Of a DNA stretch of 64,000 nucleotides, positions 19,334-32,278 are shown piece after piece (the first letter of the stretch is position 1; every line of letters starts with the position of its first letter). This DNA is from an uncultured Candidatus Saccharibacteria bacterium (GTDB taxonomy: Bacteria; Patescibacteriota; Minisyncoccia; Minisyncoccales; CAYTKG01). A model generated the notes under the pieces. The model was not told the origin of the DNA. It searched no databases and worked only from the letters and a program-made list of their open reading frames with translations. The stretch lies in the NCBI GenBank assembly GCA_964387175.1, contig CAYLVJ010000001.1, positions 602 to 64,601 of the forward strand, read 5' to 3'. The position numbers and the translations under genes are program-made.

Positions 19334-20398
19334 ATGATTTGGCCACCTAAAAAGGAAAAAGAGACTTCTGTGGGGATAGATATCGGTACTTCGGCGGTGA
19401 GGATCGTTGAGGTCAGCCGGCATGGTGAACAAGCTAAGTTAGAAAACTACGGAGAGCTTTCTATTCCGCTTGATCTCCCCCTTTATTTCGGACAAACCCA
19501 CAGAGGAAGATTGCTTTTTTCAAGCAAAAGACTGGCAGAAATGATAAGTGAGCTTCGACAAAAAGCGGGGATAGAAAAGAAGGGTGCTTTCTTTTCAATC
19601 CCTGATTTTTCTACGCTTTTAACCACTTTTGAACTCCCCCCTATGAAATTAGACGAGGTTCCGGAAGCGGTTCAGTTTGAAGCCCGCAACCGAGTACCCC
19701 TTCCTGTTTCTGAGGTCACCCTGGACTGGGTGGTTATGGAAGGAGGGTTGACAGAAAGGTCGAAAGAACCGGTGAAGATTATGTTGGTGGTTGTTCCTAA
19801 CCGAGTGATAGAGAAATATACGGAAATTGCTCATTTGTGCGGATTGGATTTAAAAGGTATGGAGGTGGAAGTTTTTTCCCTCCAGAGATCTTTGGTCAAA
19901 GATGACAAAAAAACTGTTGCCCTGATTGATATTGGAGCACAGAGTACGACCTTTAATATTGTTGACAGAGGGATTTTAAAAAGATCGCATAGTTTTAATA
20001 TCGCAGGAACCAACTTGACGGAAAGAATATCCGAGGCGTTCGAGATGGACTACCAAAAAGCGGAGACGATAAAAGAAAACCAAGGGTTAAAAGAAGGTAA
20101 TTATAATTTGAGTGAAGTTTTGATTCCGGTTCTGGATCTCATAATCACTGAAATTAAAGAATCTTCTGACAGCTTTTATCATGCGACCGGACGACAAATT
20201 GAAAAATATCAGATTGCAGGAGGAACAGCCGCCCTGCCCGGCTTGGAAGAGTACTTTACCGAATCTTTAAAGAAAGAAGTAGAAGTAGGGTTTCCTTTTG
20301 AAGGGATGGTTTATCCTTCAATTTTAAAAAAAGAACTTAAAAGAATCGGCCCTGCTTTTGCCGTGTCAACAGGGGTCGCTTTAAAAGGGATAAGATAA
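19334..20398 (+). CDS. pilM: type IV pilus assembly protein PilM
   Basis: actin-like ATPase fold, VGIDIGTSAVRIVEV N-terminus. Confidence 0.85.
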   Translation: MIWPPKKEKETSVGIDIGTSAVRIVEVSRHGEQAKLENYGELSIPLDLPLYFGQTHRGRLLFSSKRLAEMISELRQKAGIEKKGAFFSIPDFSTLLTTFELPPMKLDEVPEAVQFEARNRVPLPVSEVTLDWVVMEGGLTERSKEPVKIMLVVVPNRVIEKYTEIAHLCGLDLKGMEVEVFSLQRSLVKDDKKTVALIDIGAQSTTFNIVDRGILKRSHSFNIAGTNLTERISEAFEMDYQKAETIKENQGLKEGNYNLSEVLIPVLDLIITEIKESSDSFYHATGRQIEKYQIAGGTAALPGLEEYFTESLKKEVEVGFPFEGMVYPSILKKELKRIGPAFAVSTGVALKGIR

Positions 20399-20399
20399 A

Positions 20400-20963
20400 A
20401 TGGATATACAATTAGTACCTAAATCAGGTCAAAAAGGAGAGTTAAAAGTTACCGGAAAGGAGATTATCTACTATATTCTTTTAGGACTGGCTCTTTTTGT
20501 TACTTTTGCATTTCTTTACCTTCATTTGGTTGGCCGTAAGATGGAAAAAGAAATTACGACGATAGACAGAAAATTGATTGAAAGTCGTTCGGGAGAATTC
20601 GAAGACCTGGAAAAAAGTATTTTAAAAGCCGAGGCTAAGATTAGCTTGTTTTCGAAGTTTTTAGACTCACACAAGAAAAACTCATTATTTTTTGATTATT
20701 TATCCACCGTTTGTCACAAGGAAGTTTTTTTCACCCACCTTGATTTGAATGCGGTTGACTCAACCGCTGAGGTGGAGGGAAAAACAGAAGATTTTGCCCG
20801 CCTCCGCCAGCAGATTTTGATATTGAGAAATGAGGAAAAAATCGAAGAAGTAGATTTAAAAAGCGTATCGATAAATCAGGAGAGGGGAGTAGATTTTTCT
20901 TTGAGTTTGTCTTTTGACTCCTCCATTTTAAAAGAAGGTTTTAAAAAAGAAGCTGAAGATTAA
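20400..20963 (+). CDS. pilN: PilN-like pilus assembly protein
   Basis: single N-terminal TM then periplasmic domain, position after pilM. Confidence 0.5.
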   Translation: MDIQLVPKSGQKGELKVTGKEIIYYILLGLALFVTFAFLYLHLVGRKMEKEITTIDRKLIESRSGEFEDLEKSILKAEAKISLFSKFLDSHKKNSLFFDYLSTVCHKEVFFTHLDLNAVDSTAEVEGKTEDFARLRQQILILRNEEKIEEVDLKSVSINQERGVDFSLSLSFDSSILKEGFKKEAED

Positions 20964-20964
20964 T

Positions 20965-21573
20965 ATGAATAAAACTCTTCCAATACTTTTTCTTTTAAGC
21001 TATGTTGTGGGCGGAGGATTCGGCCTTGTTATGCCGCAAATGAGTACTTTTCGTCAAAAAAGAAAAGACCTCCTTATTAAAAAAGAAACTCTTGAAAGTA
21101 GAGAAGAATATATTGAGCATCTTAACGGGATTTCTGAAGAGCTGGAGAAACGGGAAGAGGAAATGGAAAAGGTTAATCAAGCATTCCCCGATCATCCGGA
21201 AACATCTTGGTTGGCTGAATTTTTAGAAAAAGTAACGCCTCAGTCCGGGATGACGTTAAAGGAGGTTGGTTCTTTTTCAACCTCTGTTTCAGAAACATCA
21301 ACCGGACAAAAAATCGTGGAGACGGAAATTAGAATAAAAGTCAACGGAAGTTACGAAGCTTTTCTAAACTTTTTAGAAGAGCTTGAAAAATCGGTCCGCC
21401 TTATTGAGGTGGAAAAAGTTACTTTCTCGGCTGACTCCCTTGAAGAACAAGAAGAGGGATCTGAGGTGGAAGAAGGAACGGAGGTGGAAGAAGGATCTGA
21501 AGAAGAAAAGCCTACTAGAATGTATGATTTTTCCTTAACCTGCAAGGTCCGCTCAGGCGAATTTAATTTTTAA
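20965..21573 (+). CDS. pilO: PilO-like pilus assembly protein (acidic C-terminus)
   Basis: N-terminal TM, coiled coil, gene order. Confidence 0.45.
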   Translation: MNKTLPILFLLSYVVGGGFGLVMPQMSTFRQKRKDLLIKKETLESREEYIEHLNGISEELEKREEEMEKVNQAFPDHPETSWLAEFLEKVTPQSGMTLKEVGSFSTSVSETSTGQKIVETEIRIKVNGSYEAFLNFLEELEKSVRLIEVEKVTFSADSLEEQEEGSEVEEGTEVEEGSEEEKPTRMYDFSLTCKVRSGEFNF

Positions 21574-21588
21574 AATTCAAGGTGAGTT

Positions 21589-21957
21589 ATGATAAATATA
21601 ATTAAAAAAAACAAGAAGCTGGTATTTTTAGTCGGCAGTTTGTTTTTGGGAGGTGCTGCTAGTTTGATCTTTCTTCTTTCTTTTGGCTCCAAAGAGGAAG
21701 TCCTTCCTCTTGCCGGCGAAGAAGAAGTCAGTATTAATTTTGATGTTTTTAAAAAAGAAGAATTTCAAAAATTAGAGATGTTTGACCAAGAAAGTGAAAT
21801 TCCCGAGGAGAAGGGAAGAGAAAACCCTTTTGAAAAGTACGAAATAGTCGAAGAAGAAGTCGAAGAAGAAACCGAAGAGCTTTCTGAAGAGGAACTACCG
21901 GAGGAAGAAGAGGGGGAAGAAACTGAAGAGCTTCCCGAAGAACTCCCGGAGCAATAA
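21589..21957 (+). CDS. hypothetical TM-anchored acidic protein (PilP position)
   Basis: 122 aa, one TM helix, E-rich tail. Confidence 0.3.
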   Translation: MINIIKKNKKLVFLVGSLFLGGAASLIFLLSFGSKEEVLPLAGEEEVSINFDVFKKEEFQKLEMFDQESEIPEEKGRENPFEKYEIVEEEVEEETEELSEEELPEEEEGEETEELPEELPEQ

Positions 21958-21979
21958 TTTAATAACTTAAATTTTCCCA

Positions 21980-23707
21980 GTGTCTTTAATTAAAGAACTT
22001 GTCAAAAAAGGAATACTTGAAGAGAAAAAAGCTTCTGCTTTTCAATACGAAGCTAAAAACAAGGAAAAGACGATAGAGGAGGTGCTCTTAGAAAACGGTG
22101 TCATTCCAGAAAAAAAACTTTTCGAGATAAAAAGTCGTTTAGTCGATGTACCCTTAAAAAAGGTTTATCCGGAAGATGTGGATATAGATCTTTTAAAACT
22201 CATTCCCGGGAAGACAGCCGGGCACTACAAAGTTATTCCTTTGGGAATTCAGGGGGATGTACTTGAGTTGGGTATGGTTTATCCGGAAGATGAGAAAGCA
22301 AAAGACGCCATAAATTTCTTAGCAAGACAAGGAGGTTTTGATTACGAAATATATCTTGTCACTCCCAACAACTTCAAGGAGATCTATAGAAAATATCGAG
22401 GTTTGGAAAAAGAAGTTTCAGAAGCATTAGAGGAGGCTCAAAAAGAAGAAGAAGAAGAAAAGAAGAAGTTCAAAAAAGGAACTCCAAAAGGATTGGAGAG
22501 ATTAACAGAGAGAACCCCTATTTCTAAGGTAATAGATGTTCTTCTAAGGCATGCTTTGGAGGGGAGTGCTTCTGATATTCACATTGAGCCTTTCGGAGGT
22601 AAATTAAGAGTGCGTTTTAGGGTTTTGGGAGATCTTCATTCTTCTATTTTTTTACCGGAAGATTACCTTTCTACTTTAGTAGCAAGAGTTAAAATACTGT
22701 CTGACTTGAGAATTGATGAATCAAGAATACCCCAAGACGGTCGTTTTTCAAAAGAGGTAAGCGGGCGAAAGGTAGATTTCCGGGTTTCTACTTTTCCGAC
22801 AGCTCACGGGGAAAAGGTGGCGCTGCGTGTTTTGGATCCCAAGGAAGGTTTAAAAAATTTCGATGATCTTGGCCTTTCCGAAAGGGGCTACCAAAAACTA
22901 AAAAGATCAGTGGAGCAGCCGGCGGGGATGATTCTGGTCAGCGGTCCTACCGGGTCAGGGAAGACGACGACCCTTTATGCCCTGTTGCAGCATCTTAATA
23001 AGGAGGAGGTTAACATAGTAACCTTGGAGGATCCTATTGAATATTTCCTTCAGGGATTGAACCAATCTCAAATTAAACCTGAGATTGGCTATACTTTTGC
23101 CAAGGGATTGAGGTTTGTTTTAAGGCAGGACCCTGATATTATTATGGTGGGTGAGTTGCGGGATGAAGAAAGTGCTAAACTGGCTGCTCATGCTGCGTTG
23201 GTGGGAGATCTCTTGTTGGCTACAATTCACACTACCAACGTTTTAAATGTTCCCACTCGTCTTGTTAACTTGGGAGTAAAACCTTATCTTATTCCTGTTA
23301 CAGTAAGCACCATGCTCTCTCAAAGGTTGGTCCGCAGGCTTTGTGATAACTGTAAAGAAAAAAGTAAGCCCAATAAAGAAGAAGAAGAAGTTATTAAACA
23401 AGAGCTAGAGGGTCTACCGAAGGACGTTGAAAAAGAAATTGACTTTAACGATCTTAATATATGGAAAAAGAAAGGGTGCAGGGAATGTGAACAGAGGGGT
23501 TTTTCCGGCCGGATTGGTGTTTTTGAAGTTTTGGACATGACCGAACCACTGTCAGAAATTGTAATTGGTGGAAATTTAAATGAATTTAAAATTTCTGAGG
23601 AAGCAGAAAGACAAAAGATGGTGACCATGCGTCAAGACGCTTTCTTGAAAGTTTTAAAAGGAGAGACTACTATTAAAGAGGCATTATCAGTAGTAAGAGA
23701 GAAATAA
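21980..23707 (+). CDS. pilB: type IV pilus assembly ATPase PilB (GspE family)
   Basis: Walker A VSGPTGSGKTTTLYA, Asp box, His box, tetracysteine motif CDNC...CREC. Confidence 0.9.
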   Translation: MSLIKELVKKGILEEKKASAFQYEAKNKEKTIEEVLLENGVIPEKKLFEIKSRLVDVPLKKVYPEDVDIDLLKLIPGKTAGHYKVIPLGIQGDVLELGMVYPEDEKAKDAINFLARQGGFDYEIYLVTPNNFKEIYRKYRGLEKEVSEALEEAQKEEEEEKKKFKKGTPKGLERLTERTPISKVIDVLLRHALEGSASDIHIEPFGGKLRVRFRVLGDLHSSIFLPEDYLSTLVARVKILSDLRIDESRIPQDGRFSKEVSGRKVDFRVSTFPTAHGEKVALRVLDPKEGLKNFDDLGLSERGYQKLKRSVEQPAGMILVSGPTGSGKTTTLYALLQHLNKEEVNIVTLEDPIEYFLQGLNQSQIKPEIGYTFAKGLRFVLRQDPDIIMVGELRDEESAKLAAHAALVGDLLLATIHTTNVLNVPTRLVNLGVKPYLIPVTVSTMLSQRLVRRLCDNCKEKSKPNKEEEEVIKQELEGLPKDVEKEIDFNDLNIWKKKGCRECEQRGFSGRIGVFEVLDMTEPLSEIVIGGNLNEFKISEEAERQKMVTMRQDAFLKVLKGETTIKEALSVVREK

Positions 23708-23709
23708 AA

Positions 23710-24084
23710 ATGAATAAGAAAATACTTTTGGTGGAGGACGATCCTTTGATTGTTAAAATTTACAAGACACGTTTAGAGGAGGAAGGCTTTGAGGTGGAAG
23801 TTGTTTCTCAAGGGGAAAGGGTAGTGGGGGAGCTAAAGAAAAATGAATTTGACCTTGTTCTTTTGGACATTGTTTTACCTGAGTTGACGGGTTTTGAGAT
23901 TTTAAAGAGGATAAAAGGGGAGGGTCTTTTGGAAAACTTGAAAGTTTTAGTTCTTTCTAATCTAGGGGAGAAAAGGAGTGTGGAAAAAGCAGCCAAATTG
24001 GGAGCGGTAAGCTACTTGATAAAAGCGCATTACACCCCCACCGAAGTCATAGAGGAGGTTAAAAAGACTTTAAGTGAAAATTAA
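23710..24084 (+). CDS. CheY-like response regulator receiver protein
   Basis: LLVEDDP...DLVLLDIVLPELTGFEIL...KVLVLSNL receiver motifs. Confidence 0.8.
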   Translation: MNKKILLVEDDPLIVKIYKTRLEEEGFEVEVVSQGERVVGELKKNEFDLVLLDIVLPELTGFEILKRIKGEGLLENLKVLVLSNLGEKRSVEKAAKLGAVSYLIKAHYTPTEVIEEVKKTLSEN

Positions 24085-25159
24085 AATGAGTATTTATCCA
24101 CAAAAAGCGAGAGAAATTTTAAAATTAGCCCTTAAGGAAAAAGCATCGGACGTTCATTTCTCTAAAGGTCACAAACCTATCTTAAGGATAGATCGCAGCT
24201 TGGTGCCTCTGAAGCGTTTTGAAAAACTGCGTGACGATGATCTACGGAAAATAGCCGAATCTTTTTTAACCGAAAAACAAAGAATAACATTGTCTGAAGA
24301 AAGAACTGTGGAGTTGTCTTATGAGTTGGAAGAGCGGGCGCGCTTTAGGACCAGTGTCTTTTATCAAAGAGGCTCTATCTCTATCGCCATGCGTCTTATT
24401 CCCGCTGAGATAAAGCCCATAGAAGAACTTAATCTTCCCCCGGTGCTTCACCGCTTTGCCAAGGCTCCACAAGGGTTTGTTTTGGTTACCGGGCCTTCTT
24501 CACAAGGGAAGTCAACCACTCTTGCTTCAGTGATGGAAGAGATAAACAAAAACCGTTCAGCTCATATTATAACGATTGAAGACCCGATCGAGTATTTCTT
24601 TGAGGATAAAGAGTCCATAGTGGATCAAAGAGAAGTGGGCAGAGATGCGAAAGATTTCCAAAAAGCCTTAGAAGAAAGCTTCAGACAAGATCCGGACGTG
24701 ATCATGCTGGGAGAAATGAGAAGCAAAGAAACGATTGCCACCGCTATCACCGCCGCTGAAACGGGTCACTTGGTTTTTTCCACCCTGCACACCAACAGCG
24801 CTTCTCAAGCTATCCACCGTGTTGTTGACAGCTTTTCCCCCAAACAGCAGCCGCAGATAAGAAACCAGCTTTCCAGCTCTCTTTTGGGAGTAGTTTCTCA
24901 GCGTCTTTTGCCGCGGATCAAAGGAGGTCTTGTACCTGCCTGCGAGATACTTATTTCCACCCCAGCTGTTTCTAACTTAATTCGGGAGAATAAAATACAC
25001 GAGATTCCGATGGTGATTGAAACTTCTGCTGACGAGGGCATGATTACTTTAAACAAGGCTCTTGCCAACCATGTCAGGGCCAAGGAAATATCTTTAAAAA
25101 CAGCTGTTAAATATTCTTTAAACCCCGGGGAATTAAGGCAACTCGTTGGTGATTTTTAA
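24074..25159 (+). CDS. pilT: twitching motility ATPase PilT
   Basis: Walker A VTGPSSQGKSTT, IITIEDPIEYF, AIHRVVD. Confidence 0.9.
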   Translation: MKIKMSIYPQKAREILKLALKEKASDVHFSKGHKPILRIDRSLVPLKRFEKLRDDDLRKIAESFLTEKQRITLSEERTVELSYELEERARFRTSVFYQRGSISIAMRLIPAEIKPIEELNLPPVLHRFAKAPQGFVLVTGPSSQGKSTTLASVMEEINKNRSAHIITIEDPIEYFFEDKESIVDQREVGRDAKDFQKALEESFRQDPDVIMLGEMRSKETIATAITAAETGHLVFSTLHTNSASQAIHRVVDSFSPKQQPQIRNQLSSSLLGVVSQRLLPRIKGGLVPACEILISTPAVSNLIRENKIHEIPMVIETSADEGMITLNKALANHVRAKEISLKTAVKYSLNPGELRQLVGDF

Positions 25160-25162
25160 ACT

Positions 25163-26371
25163 ATGAAGTTTACCTATCAAGCGAGAACAGAAGAAGGAGA
25201 GAGTAAAAGAGGGTTTATCGAAGCTTCTTCACGAGAAGCCGCTTTAGATATTTTAAAACAATACGGACTTTATCCAACTTCTCTTTCTCCCCACCGCAGA
25301 CCTTTAAAAGAGATGCTGCCTTCTGCTTTTCGTGATGTTTCAAGACAGGACGTAATTCTTTTCACCAGGCAGCTTTCTATTATGGTGAGGTCTGAAATTC
25401 CGGTGGTTGAAACACTAGAGACTATCGCTAAACAGGTGGACAAGGAGATCTTTAAAGAAAAGATTTTAAAGATGTCTCAATTTGTTGAGGACGGCCGGCC
25501 CTTGTCCGAGGCGATGGAAAACTTTCCCGACATGTTTTCCGATTTTTATATAGGAATGATAAGGGCGGGGGAAAAAGCAGGCGAGGTTCCCCAAAGCTTG
25601 GATTACCTGGCCGATTATTTGGAAAAGAATCAAAAATTAAAGAGTCAGCTGATAGGAGCTCTCCTTTATCCGATATTTGTCTCTGTGTTTTTTGTTCTTT
25701 TGATGTTTGTTATGAGTATTTTTGTTGTTCCCAATTTTAAAACCGTTTTTGAAGATATGGAGATCGAACTGCCCCTTATTACTCAGATTGTAATTGGGGC
25801 GTCAGAAGTTTTGAAGAATTGGTGGTGGGTTTTTCTCGTTTTGTTTTTCGGAGTCTCCAGTTTAATTTTTTATCTTTTTGAAAACGAAGAAACGAAAAAA
25901 AAGATGGATAAACTTTTGCTCCGTGTTCCCTTGATAAGCGGACTTTTGAAAAAAGTTTATCTTTCTCGGATCGCACTTAACTTGTCTACTCTTATCTCAA
26001 GTGGAGTTCCTATCAGTGACGCCTTGGAGGTTACAGCTGACTTGGTGGGAAACCATGTTTACCAAGAGATTGTTCTTGAGGCGAGAAAAGAGGTAAGGGC
26101 GGGCAGTGAGATAAGCAGCGTTTTTAGGTCTTATCCAGATAAGTTCTCCGTATTCTTTAATCAGATGATGGTTACTGGAGAAAGAGCGGGAAAGCTGGAG
26201 TCGACCCTGGGCAACATAGTTACCTTTTATGAAAAAGAAGTTGACGAAACCCTGGAAAGACTTCTTAAATTTATTGAACCTGTCCTTATTATCGTTCTCG
26301 GTGTTTTGGTGGGCGGATTAGCACTTTCCTTGTTTATTCCTTTGTTCCAGCAGGGAGGTCTCGCCATGTAA
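25163..26371 (+). CDS. pilC: type IV pilus inner-membrane platform protein PilC (GspF family)
   Basis: two GspF repeats, 3 TM segments. Confidence 0.85.
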   Translation: MKFTYQARTEEGESKRGFIEASSREAALDILKQYGLYPTSLSPHRRPLKEMLPSAFRDVSRQDVILFTRQLSIMVRSEIPVVETLETIAKQVDKEIFKEKILKMSQFVEDGRPLSEAMENFPDMFSDFYIGMIRAGEKAGEVPQSLDYLADYLEKNQKLKSQLIGALLYPIFVSVFFVLLMFVMSIFVVPNFKTVFEDMEIELPLITQIVIGASEVLKNWWWVFLVLFFGVSSLIFYLFENEETKKKMDKLLLRVPLISGLLKKVYLSRIALNLSTLISSGVPISDALEVTADLVGNHVYQEIVLEARKEVRAGSEISSVFRSYPDKFSVFFNQMMVTGERAGKLESTLGNIVTFYEKEVDETLERLLKFIEPVLIIVLGVLVGGLALSLFIPLFQQGGLAM

Positions 26372-26433
26372 TTCTTGTTTTCTTCCCTTTTTTGTTATAA
26401 TTAATGAATAACCAGCTAATCAAGAGTTTAAAT

Positions 26434-26898
26434 ATGAAAAAAAGAGTCATAAAAAAAGTTGGAAAAAGGGGTTTTACCCTGATAGAGCTTCTGGTGGTTA
26501 TTGCTATTATTGGCATTTTATCCTCCATCGTTCTTGTAGCCTTAAGAGGAGCGAGAGATCAGGCTAAAGACGCTCGTATAATTTCAAGCGTGAGCCAGAT
26601 GAGAAGTTTGGCAGAAGTCTATTATACAGGAAGTAGCTATAATGACTTGAATGCGGGGTGTGGGGGTGATGGGGTTATAGGTTCCGCTGATTGCAGCGAT
26701 TGTACCGAAGGAGACATAGAATCTTTGTGTGAAGATATATATGAGCAAAATTCTAGCGCCGCTCTAACTATTCATACCGGAAGTGAGTATTGTATCGAGG
26801 CTGATTTGAATGGAGGAGATAGTTATTGTGTTGATAGCAGCGGTTACGCGGGGAAAAGTAGCTCTCATAGTTGTGACAGCGGTTTTTCCTGCAACTAA
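26434..26898 (+). CDS. pilA: type IV pilin (prepilin, major pilin paralog 1)
   Basis: class III signal MKKRVIKKVGKRG|FTLIELLVVIAIIGILSSIVLVAL, Cys-rich C-terminal domain. Confidence 0.85.
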   Translation: MKKRVIKKVGKRGFTLIELLVVIAIIGILSSIVLVALRGARDQAKDARIISSVSQMRSLAEVYYTGSSYNDLNAGCGGDGVIGSADCSDCTEGDIESLCEDIYEQNSSAALTIHTGSEYCIEADLNGGDSYCVDSSGYAGKSSSHSCDSGFSCN

Positions 26899-26961
26899 TT
26901 TGTCAAATGCTTGATTTTAAAAAATTAAAAAAGGTCGTAATAGCTTAAAAACTAAGAAAAT

Positions 26962-27357
26962 ATGAACAACAAAAAAGGTTTTACACTTATTGAGCTTTTG
27001 GTGGTTATTGCCATAATTGGTATCTTATCCTCTATTGTTCTTGTAGCCTTAAGAGGAGCGAGAAACAAGGCCAAAGATGGTAGGATTATAGCAGAAATGA
27101 GTCAGTTGAGGAGTTTAGCTGAGGTTAGCTATGATGGAGCAGCTTACAACATATCAGGCACAGATTATGATTCTCTGGAAACTGACATCAACGCACAGTC
27201 AGACGGATCCCTAACCCTACACCAACAAGGCGACGAATACTGCGCTTATGTTTCCTTAAATGAAGGAGATGACTATTGCATAGACAGCACCGGTTTTGCT
27301 GATGAGGTAAGTGACGCTTCTACTTCATGTGACGGGGACACTTATACCTGTCCATAA
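26962..27357 (+). CDS. pilA: type IV pilin (major pilin paralog 2)
   Basis: MNNKKG|FTLIELLVVIAIIGILSSIVLVAL. Confidence 0.85.
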   Translation: MNNKKGFTLIELLVVIAIIGILSSIVLVALRGARNKAKDGRIIAEMSQLRSLAEVSYDGAAYNISGTDYDSLETDINAQSDGSLTLHQQGDEYCAYVSLNEGDDYCIDSTGFADEVSDASTSCDGDTYTCP

Positions 27358-27369
27358 GGCTAGGGTTAA

Positions 27370-27400
27370 AAAAGAGCCCGCTTGCCGGGCTCTTTTTCTT
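27370..27400 (+). terminator. rho-independent terminator (AAGAGCCCGCTTGCCGGGCTCTTTTTCTTTT), followed by extended -10 TGTGATATAAT (27402-27412) for pilD
   Basis: GC stem and U-tract after pilin stop. Confidence 0.6.
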
Positions 27401-27420
27401 TTGTGATATAATTTGAGAAT

Positions 27421-28197
27421 ATGTTTGATTTTGTTTTAGTTTTTGTTTTAGGTCTTTGTGTTGGATCTTTTTTGAATGTGGTTATTTACCGTTTGAAAAC
27501 AAAAGAGTCTATACTTCTCACCCGCTCTCATTGTCCTTATTGCGCCCACGAGCTTTCTTTCTTTGATCTGGTACCGCTTTTTAGCTTTTTGTTTTTAAAA
27601 GGTAAGTGTCGTTATTGCAAGAAGAAGATTCCGTGGCGTTATCCTTTGGTGGAGTTTTTCTCGGGGGTTCTTTTACTTCTTGTCTTCTTGTTTTTTTATC
27701 CGGAGTTAGTTTCTGTTTTTTACTATTCTTTTTTGGCTTTTTCTCTTTTGGTGATTTTTGTCTACGACCTACTTCATTTCATTATTCCGGACAAGGTCTT
27801 GTTGCCGTCTTTTTTGCTTGTTCTTTTTTTTCACGCCTTTCAAGTTTTAAAAGGGGTTAATGGATTAGAGGAGCTTTTTTCTTTTTTTCTTTCGGGGCTT
27901 GGTGCGGCGGTTTTTTTCTTTTCCTTTCATTTTTTCTCCAAGGGAAAAGCGATGGGGTTCGGAGATGTAAAGCTTGCTTTCCTTCTCGGTTTGTTTTTAG
28001 GTTGGCCCTTGATTATTCCAGCTCTTTTTATCGCTTTTTTTATTGGAGGCTTGGTTGCGAGCTTTTTGCTTTTTTTTACCGAGAAAGGATGGAAAAGCAA
28101 AGTTCCCTTTGGCCCTTTTTTGGTCTTCGGAGCGATTTTGAGTCTTTTTTGGGGGGAAGCTTTGATTCGTCTTTATATTAATTTAGTTGCTTTTTAA
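27421..28197 (+). CDS. pilD: prepilin peptidase PilD (A24 family)
   Basis: N-terminal CPYC...CRYC zinc motif, multi-TM, catalytic Asp region GFGDVKL. Confidence 0.85.
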   Translation: MFDFVLVFVLGLCVGSFLNVVIYRLKTKESILLTRSHCPYCAHELSFFDLVPLFSFLFLKGKCRYCKKKIPWRYPLVEFFSGVLLLLVFLFFYPELVSVFYYSFLAFSLLVIFVYDLLHFIIPDKVLLPSFLLVLFFHAFQVLKGVNGLEELFSFFLSGLGAAVFFFSFHFFSKGKAMGFGDVKLAFLLGLFLGWPLIIPALFIAFFIGGLVASFLLFFTEKGWKSKVPFGPFLVFGAILSLFWGEALIRLYINLVAF

Positions 28198-28217
28198 CCT
28201 TGTGGTATAATTTAACA

Positions 28218-28739
28218 ATGTCAATTTTTAAGAATAAAAAAGGTTTTACCTTGATGGAACTTATGGTTTCTTTCGGAGTGGTTGCGCTTTTAGTCGGAGT
28301 AGTTTTAGCCCGTTACAAGGTTTTAAGCACCCGTTTTAATATATTAAATGAAGCTCACAACACGGTGCAGAGCTTGAGGGCCATGCAGGAGCACTCTATT
28401 TCGGGTAAGGAGATAGAAGGTTCTCTTCCGGACAGTTTCGGATTTTATCTTACAGGCTCAAACAGCTATATTCTTTATGCTGATCAGGATGATAATCAGC
28501 ACTATGATTTTGGAGAAAAAATTAAAGAGGTTGAGCTGGAAAAAGATTTTTACTTCGGTTTGGGAGGGGCAAGCGAAGTGGACATTAATTTTGAAGGCCC
28601 AAGTCCTGTTACCACTATTCGGGTTGATGGTTCTTTAGAAGGGTCAACGGAGTTTTATATAATCTCTCTGGAAGGTTCTGCACCTGATCAAAAGATATGG
28701 GTTAATAAGGGGGGTTTAATTTATACCGATGAAAGATAA
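28218..28739 (+). CDS. minor pilin / pseudopilin
   Basis: KNKKG|FTLMELMVSFGVVALLVGVVLA prepilin N-terminus. Confidence 0.7.
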   Translation: MSIFKNKKGFTLMELMVSFGVVALLVGVVLARYKVLSTRFNILNEAHNTVQSLRAMQEHSISGKEIEGSLPDSFGFYLTGSNSYILYADQDDNQHYDFGEKIKEVELEKDFYFGLGGASEVDINFEGPSPVTTIRVDGSLEGSTEFYIISLEGSAPDQKIWVNKGGLIYTDER

Positions 28740-29232
28740 AGGATTTACAATACTAGAGCTTACCGTCAGCATTTTTATTCTAATAGTTGGAGTGGTTGGA
28801 TCCTCTAATATGATTGCGGATTTACTTACTTATACTCGTTTTACCGCCGACAAGGCTACCGCTTCCTATTTAACCCAAGAAGGAATGGAGATAACGAGAA
28901 ACATCAGAGACAGCAACTGGATCCAGGATGAAGACTGGGATACGGGTTTGTGTGGAAGCAGTGAATGTCAAACGGGCCAGACCTACTCATGTTATGGAGA
29001 CCTTGGAGACGATGAATCTTTACATTGTGGGTCAGGGGGAGAAACAATTTATGAAAACAGCGGTTTTTACAATCATAACAGCGTGGGAAGTGCAACTATT
29101 TTTTCCAGATTGATAGAAGTAGAGAAGGTTTCTCAGGAAAAGATTGAAGTATGTACGAAAACAAGCTGGGATACTCATAAGATGGAGGCTTGCACTTGGT
29201 TATATAATTGGCACATGCCCGAAGAATCATGA
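28729..29232 (+). CDS. minor pilin / pseudopilin (Cys-rich)
   Basis: MKDKG|FTILELTVSIFILIVGVVG. Confidence 0.7.
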   Translation: MKDKGFTILELTVSIFILIVGVVGSSNMIADLLTYTRFTADKATASYLTQEGMEITRNIRDSNWIQDEDWDTGLCGSSECQTGQTYSCYGDLGDDESLHCGSGGETIYENSGFYNHNSVGSATIFSRLIEVEKVSQEKIEVCTKTSWDTHKMEACTWLYNWHMPEES

Positions 29233-29825
29233 AAAACAAGAAAAACAAAGGATTTACTCTTATAGAGCTTATTATGGGAATAACAATCTTCCTTTTGGTT
29301 TTGGGAGGGCTGGTTGGTGTTTTTATCTACAGTCTCCGCTTGCAGAGGAAAATTTTAAAAAAACAACAGGTTTTGGCTGAGGTGGCCCTTTTTGACATGG
29401 AGTTTATGACCAAAAATTTGAGAATGGCTAAAAGACAAGAAGATGAAACGTGTCTTTCTCCGGATATTTTTTATGAAAGCATAAACGGAGGAGAGGGGAT
29501 TAAATTTTTAAATAAGCTTCAGGAAGAAGGAGACACTGCTCCCTGTCAAAGTCTTTTTTTGGCGGAGGAAAGTGGAAGGGGCGTTTTAAAATACTGTATG
29601 GATGAAGCTTGTGTTAATGACGGCGGCAGTTCTGCTTATTCGCTTACCTCGCCGGATATTGATGTTTTAGAACTTGATTTTTTAATCCAAGGGCAGGTAT
29701 CAGGTGATGAGCTTCAGCCCAAGGTAACGATTACTATCAAGTTCACCCACAAGGACTTTGACGAAGTTATTTTTCTTCAGACCACCGTTTCACAAAGAAA
29801 CTTAGATATAGATACTAGTTCTTAA
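29229..29825 (+). CDS. minor pilin / pseudopilin
   Basis: MKNKKNKG|FTLIELIMGITIFLLVLGGLVGV. Confidence 0.7.
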   Translation: MKNKKNKGFTLIELIMGITIFLLVLGGLVGVFIYSLRLQRKILKKQQVLAEVALFDMEFMTKNLRMAKRQEDETCLSPDIFYESINGGEGIKFLNKLQEEGDTAPCQSLFLAEESGRGVLKYCMDEACVNDGGSSAYSLTSPDIDVLELDFLIQGQVSGDELQPKVTITIKFTHKDFDEVIFLQTTVSQRNLDIDTSS

Positions 29826-29835
29826 ATTAGAAATA

Positions 29836-32277
<2,442 letters not shown>

Positions 32278-32278
<1 letters not shown>
